64,000 nucleotides of DNA from Octopus sinensis (GCF_006345805.1 NC_043001.1:50468001-50532000); one strand, 5' to 3'. Counted from the stretch's first letter, positions 1 to 12,526 are shown. Made by a program: numbers and translations. Notes: generated from the sequence alone by a model not told the origin.

Positions 1-659
1 CCCGATTCTCCTTCGGTGGGTGTGCCGCTGGAGGATGAATTTGTGGTCCTCTTCTACAAGGGAGGAACTGTGCAGAATGAAATTTAAAAAATTAAAAGGA
101 AGGGCCGGTGGGAGGGGCTTCTGTCCTGCACGGAGGACCCTGAGTGGCTTTCGCAGGTGGCTGCGGAGGTCTTATGTGCAGGATCATGAATTCCTTCCCA
201 GCGGACTCCTATAGATATATGGCTGTGTAGCCCGGCCTGGAACCAGGTAGATGCTTCGATGAAGCAAGGAACCTGGTCGGGCGGAAAACTTGAAGTATTG
301 GACGTTTGGACTCAAAAAGAGTCTACAAAATGTAAAAAAAAATGAGAGGTTTATTGCCTCGTGTATGTGACATTTTTTTTAATATTGTGCTCTAAAAAGA
401 AAAAAAGAAAGAATTCTGAACTATGTAAGAGGTTTATTGCCTCCTTGTGTTTTATAGAAAATAAAAGAAAAAAGAAAAAGAACAATGTTTTAGAGAAGCG
501 AAAGTCGGCGGGCGCTTTTCGTCTTCCCTCATCCTTATCATCCTTGCATCATTATCATTCATCCCATAAATGTCTGTGTCCAACCCGCAAGCTTCTATCT
601 GTGTGCTGCCCTTGTGGCAAATTAAATGAAATAAAGAAGCTTGTTTCCCGCGCATGCGT

Positions 660-1837
660 CGGTCTATGGACAATGGACAATGGCAAAAATTTTGTCAAGG
701 CATTTATGCAGGTTGGTACAAAAATTGAATTCTTGCCAGACATTCCTGAGGCTACTGCCTATCCGGACATAGAGGGCGCCGAGGATATGGACCTGGACGT
801 GGATCCCGAGGCTGGGGATGTGGATGAAGTTGATTACACCTCTGTTCATGCCGTCCTTGACGAGTCCAGAGGCCTGACATGAAATGCGCTGTCCATACCT
901 TCAACTAAGTAGCTAGCATGGATGCCGACAAGGCTCTTGACAGCGGTTCATTCAAGTCGGCCGACAGGCAGGCCATGTCCAAGACACAGCGACTGTGGAA
1001 TCTGCAGAGCCGCGACTCGGTGGTGCCAGATAGCATTCTGGACGCGTTGAAAAGGAGGGTAGTGATCCCCAACGGTACCAGATTGAACTCTACTTATGAC
1101 TCTGTTTTCCTCAACAGCCTGCTGGAGAAGAATAGGGGAGCTGTCCACAGAGTGATAATACAGCTGAATCTGCGGACCTTCTCTGATTCTGATGTCGGCT
1201 TCCTGAGAGAGTACGCCCAGGTGACGTCTAATGTTGCCAAGGCCTTGGATAAAATCCAGCGGAAGGACCAGACCTATCTCGGGAGCCTTCTGCCAACTGT
1301 AGCGGCTACCATCATGAAGTTGAAGGAGGTCAAGTTCAAACATCTATACTGCAGCCCTCTGGTAGACGTGATACTGGCAGGCATCACGAAAAGGTTTGGG
1401 CTCCTCCTAGAAGATCTGGAGTGCTAACTGGCCGCTGCCTTTCACCCCAAGTTTCACCTGTTCTGGTTGGAGCAGTATAACAGCCAGGTTAGCAGAGTAA
1501 CGAACGCCATAGAGACCCTAATGGAGACCAATGAGGGCAGCAGCACCACCAACAATGAGGATGAAGAAGATGATTTCTTCAGCAACATTACTCGGTTCCG
1601 GGAGATTAGGAGCCAGAGGTCACTGAAGTCCAAGGCGCAGAACTTGGCGAAGACCTGGCTGGAAGCTTGTCTCGAAGGAAGTCCTTACTGAAGTCGCCTT
1701 TTTGGGTGAACAGGTCTTGATCGACCTGTTCACCAAGTATAACACCGCCATCCCATCCAGTGCTGCAGCTGAGCGCCTATTCTCTATAGTCAAAGATATT
1801 TTTAGGGCCAAGCGAGCCACCTTGTCAGATGGTAACT
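660..1837 (+). pseudogene. Degraded hAT-family transposase, 5' part (interrupted by an insertion at ~1838)
   Basis: Motifs across several frames: TMDNGKNFVKAF, PNGTRLNSTYDS (hAT TRWNS-like), AAAFHPKF, and the dimerisation motif [14 protein letters not shown]...RATLSDGN. Stops and frameshifts present. Confidence 0.85.
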
Positions 1838-2331
1838 GTTATATCCTTATAGATAAATGAATACACTGCAACAGTGCTATAACAATATAATTGAAATAAA
1901 TAGCAGTAACCACACGGAACGTAACAATAATTTTTAAGAACCAACAATCCAACAGACTAACACGAACTGTGAACTTTGAACTCCAACTTTAAACTATCAA
2001 CACACGAACTGTGAAACTAGCACGATGATTTTATTCAAACCACAAGGGTTAAACAAAGAGGGAACAATACATGGGACAAATAGGTGTCGGGGATTTTTCG
2101 GATGAGATTTCATATAGTGAATAACTTACATTATAATTTTGGATGAAAATAAAAGAAAGAATGGACGCGGAATGGGTTTCACCCCACCAACATTCCTGTG
2201 TTGAACCGTTTACTTCGCCCCCCACCCCGCTAAATTAGGCATTTACATACCCAACATTCGGGCTACTTACTTCCGTCTTTCTCCATACCTTTTTGATGTC
2301 AGGCTTTTCTTCTCCAGACATGCATTCTTTC

Positions 2332-5300
2332 TTAGGTGATATAAAAAGAGGTTAACCAAAGCATTCCCGGAGACGAAGGTACTGATACGACACCTCTTCC
2401 ACGCGTCTTCCATATCATCTCTTTCGCTATACCTATTACGGCTAGAAAGCAGAATTTCTCTTCTCCTTTTAGAGAAGACGGCGGAACGATCTTAATAATC
2501 GATTCAGCTGACGGTTGAAACCTGCAGGTCCGAGAGATTCGGACACTGTACGATTGCATGCAGAACAGTTTCGTTGCTCTGCCCCAAACGTGGGCACGTA
2601 GGCGAAACCGTGACGTTGTGCCTCGCGAGTTTATCCCGAATTGACAAGGTATTTCGGAAGCACAGCCAAGCCAGGGACTTCTGGAAGTTGTTCATAGGTC
2701 CCGGACCGAAAGTCCCTTGATGCAGGTTGGCAAGATGACTTTCATCGAAACCCAGAGTCTCCGCCAGGACGTCATCGCACTTGCCCTCTACCAGCCCTCT
2801 ATTGTAAACCGAGGTGATACCCCCTCCACAGGCATTGCTCGTTCGGGAAAGAAGCACAAGCGCCTGTCGACACTCTGCTTCTCAAGCTCCCAACCTTGGT
2901 CTACGCCTGATTCAGCATTGTAGTTCACCAAAAGAGGTGAACCTGGGAAATATCTCATCAACAAACGTAGACCACCATCCAGGTAGAGCCAGAGATGCCG
3001 CAACCTCAGTACATGCCTGCGCATCTTTAACTACGGCATCCCTAATCCAGATCTGGGTTATGGATGCCACTCTGCTCGTAACCTCACTCCAATTCTTCTC
3101 TATCTGGCGGTCTGGACCAAACCAGACCCCAAGCATTTTTCACCAGATTGTCTGTCCAGTATCCGACGACGCAGTTGGACGGCATCGACTTGCCTCTCCA
3201 GGTGCCGAGCTGCAAGCCTACCGACTTATCCCGGTTAATTATTGCTCCTGCCACCGCTTCGTAATCGTTTGGGACCTCACCTACCCTCTGTAGGTCCTGG
3301 TCCCTGGATACGATGACAGTGACATCGTCTGCATACGCTGTGACTGACTTTCCATACCCTAAATCTTGCGGGTCTCGACTCGACTCCAATCTTCGTAGAG
3401 CCAATGCATACAGCAGAAGCAAGAGTAGACAACCTTGACGAACCGAGCGTTCGATATTGAACGGCGCCGAAAAGAAACCGTTCATTTGAATTACCGACTA
3501 GATGTTGCTATATAAAGCGTTGATCCAGCCAAAACCAGCTGCCTCGAGGACCGCCGCCAGATACAGATGGTCTACCCTATCAAAGGCCTTGGATTGGTCT
3601 AAATGGACCAACACCCCAACCTTGCCAGGAATCTTATTTACCCTTTCTAAGGTATAGAGTATAAGGTAGAGATTATCGTGTATAGTCCTGTCGGGAACGG
3701 CGCAGGTTTGCGCCTCCCTAACGATACCATCTACGACTTTCACCAACCTTTTTGCTAATACCTTGGCCAGAATCTTTAACTCTGCGTTAAGCAGGGTGAT
3801 GGGCCTAAAGTTGTCAACTGCGTTCCCCTTGTTTGTGTCCTTCCTGGTCAGTACCTCCACTTCCTGGCTCACAGACGCAGGAATACTCCCGTTCTGCTAC
3901 CAGTTATTGAAGACACAGACCAGCAGGTGCCCAAACAAGTCTGGTATAGTATAATACAATTAATAAGGGAGAGCATCACGACCTGGTAATCTGTCCCCAC
4001 CGCACTCCCACAATGCCTCCCCCACTTCTGCAGTTGTGATCGGCCCTTCACAGCACGGTAGACCGGCGAGGAAGTCCGTGAGATCCTAACTACGCTCCGG
4101 CCCATCGCCCCCTTCCCCCCGAAACAATCTGGCGAAATTCTCGTGTAAGGCCGTACACATTTCCTCGAGTTCAGTTACCGCTTACCCCTGTTGGTTCGTC
4201 AAAAGCCTTAACGTGGCATTATTGCCACGCTGAGACTCTACAGCATGAGCCCATCCGGCGGAGTTGATACCCTCTTGACCCATAACATATCTTCGCTCTG
4301 ACTTTGCAACCCTCGTGTATAGCCTCGAGGTGATGGTTGAGCGCCATTCTCGCAGCCAACACTCGAGAAGCAGAGCCAGATTTCATTGCCTCCTTTGATT
4401 TCATTGCCTCTAATGTGTTCACTAAGTCCCTCTCTACACTATTTCTATTCTTAGTTAACTCTCTACTAAATCTAATCGACTCTTTTTTTATGACTTTTTT
4501 AAGGGCATACGATCATTTGTTATTAATAATGGTCCCTGTCAATATCCTCATCACTAACTATCTAATCCGACTCCACTAGGCTTCACAGGTCAGTAGCTAC
4601 TTATTTAACTTACAGTAGCCATATCCATGTGTAGTCTTTCTATCCACATCTAGCTTACAGATCACCAGTTTGTGATCACTGTAGCTGACAATGGTTAACT
4701 GTGGACACCTAGCTATATTCTTGTCCTTAATCTTAATTAGTATTCTGTCTAGGTAAGATCTAGATGGCCCATCGTTTCTTGACCCCGTCCACTATGGAAC
4801 ATCCAGGTGATCTAGTCTGTATCAATCTGCCAGCTGGAAGCGTCTGAGCAGATCGTTGAAAGCAAGAGCTTACCTTTCTATAACGATTCGAACCAGCGTA
4901 ATCTACGTGTGCGTCGCAGATTGTATTGAAGTCGCCTAACACCACTAGCGTGTGTGACTCGCCCAGAAAGTTTTCCAGGTTCTTGAAGAAGTCAGGGTAT
5001 CCTGTCCCTCCCCCTCCCGGGGGAGGGCATAGATAGCAACTAACCTGAAGACCCTACCATGACTGAGTGTCACAATTTGGACGACCAGCCTGCTTTCTGG
5101 ATCAACAAAGATTGTCCTAGTTTCTAGTTTGAGCACCTTCCTGAGTAGAACTACGACTACCCTCGCATCTCCCGGTTGACATGGAGAAATGACTTTCTCG
5201 TAGTCGTTTAGGAGCGACGCAAGGTCCTGCAGTCCCCTCAGTCTGGTCTCAGTAAGAACTATCACATCTAACCGATGTGACCTGAGATTGTTTAGGAAAC

Positions 5301-5364
5301 AAGCTTGCTTCCAATCCGATTTCAAGCCACTCACATTTACTCGTCCTAAATTAAGTGAGTACAT
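2332..5364 (-). pseudogene. LINE ORF2 remnant (AP endonuclease, reverse transcriptase, C-terminal zinc-binding region)
   Basis: APE: RVNVSGLK, LDVIVLTETRL, VLGDFN. RT: NFRPITLLNAELKILAKVLA, LDQSKAFDRVDH, SVRQGC, YADDV. C-terminal CPRLGQSNETVLHAIVQC. Multiple frameshifts. Confidence 0.9.
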
Positions 5365-5451
5365 GAATGGGGCTTACGTTTAAAGTTGTTCCAGCTGGGA
5401 AGTAGGTCCTTCCTCGACCGTTTCAGCTGTGGCTGGTGGATTATTTATCAG

Positions 5452-6974
5452 TTATTTGTATACTGATTCAGAGAAACTTCTTCTCGGGTAAGCTTTTTTT
5501 ATATAATCATAATTTTCTCTGTGTGAAATGAGAAGCTCAACGTTTTCCGGGGTGTCTGTGTTACCTGGTAGTTTGAATGCTTTTGTCATTTTCTGTTTTG
5601 ATATAACTCTTTTTAATTTTTTGTTTTTGCTATTAATAGCCGTTATAGCCATACGGGGTGGGCGGGTTGGGATCTGTGTATCCTGTGGCTGTGTTTGTGG
5701 GGGGGGGGGGGGGGTGAGTGACTGTGTGTGTTTGCGAAGTTGTGTGTGTCTGTATGAGTGTTTGTGTGGATGTTTGATTAGGTTGTGCATGTGCTGGTGT
5801 TTTTGTGGGGGTGGGGTTTGAGCCTTTTCTTTTTCTCTTTTTCCTTCTCATGCGCTCCATCTCAATGTCTTCTGTCTCTGTCTCTATAGTGTCTTGTATG
5901 GGTATATCCTCCTCTTTCCCTGGTTTTGGTTGGATTTTCGCCGGCATTGTAAGTGCTCCTAGTTTTGTCGGCACTGGTAGGGGTGCTGCTGGTTTTGTCG
6001 GCGGTGTAGTTGTTGCTGGTTTCTCCTTCGGTGGTTGGGGGGGGGCTTTTTTCCTGCCGCCGGAAGTGGCTCACATTCAGCCCTAATGTGCTCTTTCTGT
6101 CTGCATTTATGATACCTGGGATTCCTGTCTTCCACGTTCACTCTCAGCTTCGTCTCACCCACCGAAATTATATCTATAATTTTCTCTAAATATTCTGGGG
6201 CGGCCTCAATTATTAATTCTAAAGCCTGTCCTACCCAGTTCTGCTGTTGATACTTATAGGCTTGAAGGATAGTTATTTTATCCTTCAAGCCCATTAAGAT
6301 TGCATTAATAAGCGAGGCGACCTCAATTTCCGGTGTTATTTCCACTACACTTGCCTTGGAGGTACGTCTACCAAGGTATGTGTACAGGAGAGCCACCTTA
6401 ACTGTTTTCAACGTGTTCGTTGACTGTTGCCTGGCTTTTTCCTCGGTACGGAAACGCACCTCCACCGTGCCGTATCGCTTTTCCATGGTTAGGTATGTTA
6501 AATCCATCTAAGTGGGGCGAAGACATTTCTCCACTGCTTCTTTGATCACCGGTTCTATCCTTATAGATTTCATTGCCACTGTTTTGTAAATAACAGTTTC
6601 CTTGCTGCGTCTTGTATAATTTCTCCGGGAGGTGAAACTTTCACCTCGTTTCCTTCTATTCGTAGTATATTTTTATATCTGCCCGGTTCGAAGCAGGCAT
6701 TTTCCTTCGCCACGCTAACAGACGATGCAAAGTTTACGCTTTTATCCGCGTTGTCTTCTACTTTCTTCTGTCTATCCATTTCCTTTTGCCCGCGTGCCAT
6801 GCAGTCCTCTTCCAGACACTTCGCCATTAGTGTCTCCTCGTCGCTCGACAAGCTGTTCATTTTGCACTCAAACAAAAAAATTTTACGTTTAAATTCTACC
6901 TTCCCCCTTCCAGGAGGGAGGAATGTGTCGCTTGTCTGCGACACTTGCAGAAATACAATTTTAAAGGAAAACAT
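5452..6974 (-). pseudogene. LINE ORF1 (gag-like) remnant
   Basis: YGTVEVRF...GRR..., degenerate knuckle HKCRQKEHIRAEC and a P/K-rich low-complexity tail. Homologous to 26537-27331. Confidence 0.7.
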
Positions 6975-7187
6975 TCAACCAGAATCAATTCTAGAACATT
7001 AACAGCGTAGTCTTGCTTCAAAAAATTTTTCACACCGCCATTGACGAGCGCGTGGCGTTATCTAACACGTGTTCGGTCAAGCCTTCCAGTACAAACGAGT
7101 GGCACCTTACTTACTCAGACTGCTACTATTTGTATGTAGTGGTCCAGTCCATTCTTACCCGGGAGCGTCGTACTCTCGCAGAATAGC

Positions 7188-7555
7188 AACTTTGAGAGGC
7201 TGATGTTTATGAAGGGCAACCAGCATCACGTCGAGGCGATGGAGAAGGCCCCAACAAGAGTAGTATACCTTGATTATCATCTGATCTTGGCATGCTAGAA
7301 CTTTCTGGAAAGCTCTATGTCTAAGCTACAACAGGAAAATTTCAGCTCTCTATGTCTGTTTTTAAGGGTTTTAGAGGCCAAAAACCAACAAACCGAAACT
7401 AAATTCATATGATAAAAGTTCACGATTATTAGTTAGTGTTAGCTTCCGTTAATTTCTTTTCCGGTTTAGCGGTTTAGCGTTTGCGAAGCTAACTTTTTAG
7501 CTAGCGGATTAGCGGTTAGCGAAGCTAACTTTTTGGTTAGCTGTACCCACTACTG
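7188..7555 (+). mobile_element. 3' end of the same hAT element, with subterminal repeats and right TIR
   Basis: Reading resumes as N-F-E-R-L-M-F-M-K-G-N, continuing SDGN from 1836. Repeated agcgaagctaactttt and ggtt(t)agc motifs. End gctgtacccactactg (revcomp cagtagtgggtacagc, hAT-like CAG start). Confidence 0.75.
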
Positions 7556-7572
7556 AATATATATATATATAT

Positions 7573-7764
7573 ATCAATAATAAGGGTGAAATTAATTAAT
7601 TTAGAAATAATCATTAATTCCACCAAGTAGAGTTCGGCATGTAAAAGCCCCATTCAAGAAAGGTTTAAGTAATACTAAGTAATTAAGGGTTTAGCAACGA
7701 TTTGCCTCACCACACACCGAATTTAGAAATAGCAGTCAAAACGCTTTGGCTATTCTTTCTACTT
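7573..7764. repeat. Diverged copy of the repeat module that heads the 600-bp unit at 9263 and 9863
   Basis: aagggtgaaattaattaattt...ttcggcatgtaaaagcc...gaatttagaaatagcagtcaaa is shared with 9263-9455, 9863-10055 and partly with 10245-10317. Confidence 0.8.
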
Positions 7765-7766
7765 GC

Positions 7767-8462
7767 GAAAGACGGAAGATGGAAGTTATAAGAATATTTA
7801 ATAATCACTAAAATTGTTTGACCCACTCTAGCATCGATCCCTGTATTGACCAGACTATCGGATGTTGTTATACACTGTTGGCCATGTAGGTGTATTACCC
7901 CCCTTGACAGGGATAACAAGCTGGCTATACAGAGAGAGGGCACCACACAAAATTGAGGTTCAGATACGTGACCTCATCTCTTCTTCTTTTCTGCAGGGAC
8001 AAGGAAACTGTGAGGACGCAATTTGACTGGCTCTACCTTAGACCTCAGGCCCGCTAGCAGATAGAAGCAAAGCACAGAAGACCATGGCCCTTACACACCA
8101 ACCATTCTGTTTGTCATTCCTTTGGACGTGTATGTGTGGCTATAAATAAAAGTGTTTTAAGACAACCTTGTTCGTACGTGTTTTCCGTCCGGGATTACTG
8201 CCAACCAAATTACAGCCTTTTTGGGAGTCTTATTAGATGGTTCAATACCGGCCTACAACCCATCTAAAGCCACAATGCGTTTCTCGAATCGTCGTATCTT
8301 TCGAATGATGTCACCCCACTGGCTTGGGGCGGTCGCAGGGTTACTCATTTACAGCCGAGTTGACTGGAGCAATGTAAATTAAAGTGTTTTACTCAAGACC
8401 ACAACACGCCGCCGGTCTGGAAATAGAAATCACGAACTTGCTGCGGTCGTGAGTGCAACACC
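7767..8462. repeat. 696-bp direct duplication, copy 1 (includes a reverse-oriented tRNA-like SINE portion)
   Basis: Matches 11558-12254 almost exactly; one 1-bp indel seen (ggataacaag vs ggataaacaag). Confidence 0.9.
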
Positions 8463-8779
8463 AAGCCAATTAACCACTGTACTAATTATGGCAATTTGTT
8501 ATGAATATGGAGTGTGATAGAAACACCCCCAAAATAAAGCGGTTGTAGTTTTTTGCTACTTCAATATTAGAGTAGACTCAAAAATGAATGAATCAGTCAT
8601 TACTTACACATGTCTCATATTTTGATTTTTGTTTAAGAAAAATCGTTATCCTATCGGGCCATGTGTTCATTGTCAATAAAACACAACCTACATTATCGTC
8701 TGTGCACAGCTGTCATCTGTTAGTGTAGTATTGCACAACGCAGGAAGGTAAGTAAATGTGTATAAGCTTTCCTAATAAA

Positions 8780-8823
<44 letters not shown>

Positions 8824-8841
8824 ATATATATTATATATATA

Positions 8842-9237
8842 CTCTTTTACTTGTTTCAGTCATTTGACTGCGGACATGCTGGAGCACCGCCTTTAATCGA
8901 GCAAATCGACCCCGGGACTTATTCTTTTGTAAGCCCAGTACTTATTCTATCGGTCTCTTTTGCCGAACCGCTAAGTAACGGGGACATAAACACACCAGCA
9001 TCGGTTGTCAAGCAATGCTAGGGGGACAAACACAGACACACAAACACACACACGCATATATATATACATATATACGACGGGCTTCTTTCAGTTTCGGTCT
9101 ACCAAATCCACTCACAAGGCTTTGGTCGGCCCGAGTCTATAGTAGAAGACACTTGCCCAAGGTGCCACGCAGTGAGACTGAAGCTGGAACCATGTGGTTG
9201 GTAAACAAGCTACTAACGACACAGCCACTTCTGCGCC
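8842..9237 (-). mobile_element. tRNA-derived SINE with an internal microsatellite (abundant family in this window)
   Basis: Head (revcomp) ggcgcag..gtggctgtg...ttggtttccagcttcagtctcactgcgtggcacc; tail ctcttttacttgtttcagtcatttgactgcgg. Family recurs many times. Confidence 0.75.
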
Positions 9238-9262
9238 TATATATATATATATATATATATAT

Positions 9263-10222
9263 ATGGTTATCCGTAATAATGAAGGGTGAAATTAATTAAT
9301 TTGGAATAATTATCAATTACACCAAGTAGTCTTCGGCATGTAAAAGCCTCATTCGAGGAAAATTTAAGTAATACTAAGCAATAAAGGGTTTAGCAACGAA
9401 TTGCCTTACCACATACCGAATTTAGAAATAGCAGTCAAAGGGTTATAGCTATTTCTTCTACTAAAAAGGGAGATCTCAGTAAAAACAGCATTTGGAAGGC
9501 AGATACAAACAGGTAAGAGAGAATGAATTGACTGCAATCTATCATACATTTTTAAGTTATCTACGGACGTACGTTTCGAAATCAAGTTTTTAGGAAAGCA
9601 TAAGAATTAAATATTAAATATTAAATAATTCTATCTTACCGAAACTTCTTTTCTCTTCAGCGTAGAATACTATAATCATAAATGATTATATATTGAATTT
9701 TGAGATACCAGAAGGCAACAACTCAACTCAGTATCAGAGCGAGCTAGAATCCGCAACTGGTATCACCGAATTCAATTTGTGAATGAAACGATTGTGTCAA
9801 CAGCCCCTTCCCACCCGCGTGTAGCCAAAACAAGATGCTGTGGTCATCTACTGAGATAAAATATGGTTATCCGTAATAATTAAGGGTGAAATTAATTAAT
9901 TTGGAATAATTATCAATTACACCAAGTAGTCTTCGGCATGTAAAAGCCTCATTCGAGGAAAATTTAAGTAATACTAAGCAATAAAGGGTTTAGCAACGAA
10001 TTGCCTTACCACATACCGAATTTAGAAATAGCAGTCAAAGGGTTATAGCTATTTCTTCTACTAAAAAGGGAGATCTCAGTAAAAACAGCATTTGGAAGGC
10101 AGACACAAACAGGTAAGAGAGAATGAATTGACTGCAATCTATCATACATTTTTAAGTTATCTACGGACGTACGTTTCGAAATCAAGTTTTTAGGAAAGCA
10201 TAAGAATTAAATATTAAATATT
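9263..10222 (-). mobile_element. 1.6 tandem copies of a 600-bp non-coding unit with a hammerhead ribozyme (retrozyme-like or PLE pseudo-LTR-like)
   Basis: 9261-9622 repeats at 9861-10222 with an offset of exactly 600 and 2 mismatches. (TA)n on both sides. Confidence 0.75.
9561..9665 (-). ncRNA. Type I hammerhead ribozyme motif
   Basis: CTACG-CTGAAGA-GAAA(AG)AAGTTT...AAACTT(GA)TTTC-GAAA-CGTACG-TC^CGTAG. 5-bp stem I, intact core, G10.1-C11.1 pair, palindromic minimal stem III, GUC triplet. Confidence 0.85.
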
Positions 10223-10449
10223 TATATATATATATATATATATATAGCAACGATTTGCCTCACCACACACCGAATTTATAAATAGCAGTCAAAAAGTTTT
10301 GGCTATTCTTTCTACTTAAAACACAACCTACATTATCGTCTGTGCACAGCTGATAACTATTGATGTAATTGAAACACTATACATTTCAGACACATATTGA
10401 ATAGAAATAATTTTGGAATTCCAGGACTTTACGTATACGTTGTAAATGT

Positions 10450-10488
<39 letters not shown>

Positions 10489-10833
10489 GGCTCAGTCCTG
10501 GCCCTATGCTGAGAAGCTTGCTTCTCAACCACATTTTTCCGGGTTCAGTCTCACTGTGTGGCACCTTGGGCCAGTGTCTTCTACTATAACGTTGGGCCGA
10601 CCAAAGCCCTGTGAGTGGATTTGGTAGACGGAAACTGAAAAAAAGGCCGTTAGAGCTTTACGTACATCAGGGCTTAAGTCGCCAGTTATTTCAGTTTAGT
10701 TCATTCAGATTCGTTTAACACTCACTGCTGACATTCTTTTGTTCTTCTTTTCCCACCGGAAGTCTCTTCCTAGCTAGCCCGCAGCGAAGTTCCTGTCTAC
10801 AGTTCGTCTGTCATGTATCCTGTCCTACACCGT

Positions 10834-10913
<80 letters not shown>

Positions 10914-11160
10914 CAAATATATATATACACACACGTGTGTGTGCGTGCGCACTCGTCTGTGTGTATTTGTGTGCTTGTATCCATGTTTGTCACCCCCACC
11001 ATCGCTTGACAACTGATGTCGGTGTGTTTATGTCTCTGTAACTTAACGGATCGGTAAAAGAGACAGAATAAGCACCAGGCTTACAAAAAATAAGTCTAAG
11101 GGTTGATTTATTTGACTAAAGGCATGGCCACAGTCAAAATGACTGAAACAAATAAAAGAA
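10489..11160 (+). mobile_element. SINE (same family as 8842) with an expanded internal (TA)n/(GT)n tract
   Basis: Head at 10489-10646, tail at 10987-11160. Confidence 0.65.
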
Positions 11161-11169
11161 TGGGGGGGG

Positions 11170-11500
11170 GGTCTCAGTGGTTAGAGCGTCGGGCTCACAA
11201 TCGTTAGGTAATGAGTTCGATTCCTGGACGAGGCTGGTGTTGTGTTCTTGAGCAAGTCACTTTATTTCACCTTATTCCAGTTCACTCATCTATAGAAATG
11301 AGATGCAACGTCACTGGTGTCAAGCTTTATTGACCTTTGCCTTTCTCTTGAATAACAATGGTGGTGTGGAGAAGGGAGGCTGGTATGTATGGGTGACTAC
11401 TAGTCTCCCATAAACAACCTTGCCCGGACTTGTGCCGCGGAGAGGATCTTTCTAGGTGCGATCTCATGGTCATTCATGGCCGAAGGGGGTCTTTACCCTT
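11170..11500 (+). mobile_element. Second tRNA-derived SINE family (A/B-box head plus CORE-like body)
   Basis: ctcagtggttagagcg (A box), gagttcgattcc (B box), gtgttgtgttcttgagcaag. Its tail is also seen at 30350-30478. Confidence 0.7.
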
Positions 11501-11557
11501 TTATATATATATATATATAAAGAACATTCACTTAGTCGTTCGGTATTTGGTTAATGA

Positions 11558-12254
11558 GAAAGACGGAAGATGGAAGTTATAAGAATATTTAATAATCACT
11601 AAAATTGTTTGACCCACTCTAGCATCGATCCCTGTATTGACCAGACTATCGGATGTTGTTATACACTGTTGGCCATGTAGGTGTATTACCCCCCTTGACA
11701 GGGATAAACAAGCTGGCTATACAGAGAGAGGGCACCACACAAAATTGAGGTTCAGATACGTGACCTCATCTCTTCTTCTTTTCTGCAGGGACAAGGAAAC
11801 TGTGAGGACGCAATTTGACTGGCTCTACCTTAGACCTCAGGCCCGCTAGCAGATAGAAGCAAAGCACAGAAGACCATGGCCCTTACACACCAACCATTCT
11901 GTTTGTCATTCCTTTGGACGTGTATGTGTGGCTATAAATAAAAGTGTTTTAAGACAACCTTGTTCGTACGTGTTTTCCGTCCGGGATTACTGCCAACCAA
12001 ATTACAGCCTTTTTGGGAGTCTTATTAGATGGTTCAATACCGGCCTACAACCCATCTAAAGCCACAATGCGTTTCTCGAATCGTCGTATCTTTCGAATGA
12101 TGTCACCCCACTGGCTTGGGGCGGTCGCAGGGTTACTCATTTACAGCCGAGTTGACTGGAGCAATGTAAATTAAAGTGTTTTACTCAAGACCACAACACG
12201 CCGCCGGTCTGGAAATAGAAATCACGAACTTGCTGCGGTCGTGAGTGCAACACC
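11558..12254. repeat. 697-bp direct duplication, copy 2
   Basis: Near-identical to 7767-8462. Confidence 0.9.
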
Positions 12255-12482
12255 CTAAGCACTAAGTCACACGTCTTCGCGCGCACGCACGCACACACAC
12301 ACAAATATAGCAATGGGGTGGTTACCTCCTCTGTCGGTGTATGGAACTATGCTTTCTTGCGGCTAAGTTTTTTCAACCCTTATTTCTAGCAATGTAGGTG
12401 CTATTGTGTACCGTCAGTCACAATTAGTGACAACTGAATTTTTCCTGTTTGGTTTTATTGTGCGTATAGCCACTTTCGTTAA

Positions 12483-12526
12483 GATGGATGGATGGATGGA
12501 TGGATGGATGGATGGATGGATGGATG
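12483..12526. repeat. (GGAT)n microsatellite
   Basis: Direct reading. Confidence 0.95.

Larger units (their letters stand above)
1838..7187 (-). mobile_element. ~5.35-kb insertion containing a near full-length, decayed Tx1/L1-like non-LTR retrotransposon
   Basis: ORF1 and APE-RT ORF2 remnants on the minus strand. aact is duplicated at 1834-1837 and 7188-7191. Confidence 0.85.

Noticed and set aside
1-345. GC-richer segment ending in an A-run, possibly a LINE 3' end
   Set aside because: No diagnostic motif recognised; truncated by the window edge.
10811-11016. Many 60-140 aa ORFs rich in Y/I/C/V/M/H (also 17502-17900, 22606-23101, 23745-24113, 32435-33229, 36084-36449, 50357-50916)
   Set aside because: Translations of (TA)n/(GT)n microsatellites.
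11170-11240. tRNA gene (also SINE heads at 10489, 17738, 50391 and 62115)
   Set aside because: A/B boxes are followed by SINE body sequence; no convincing cloverleaf or terminator.
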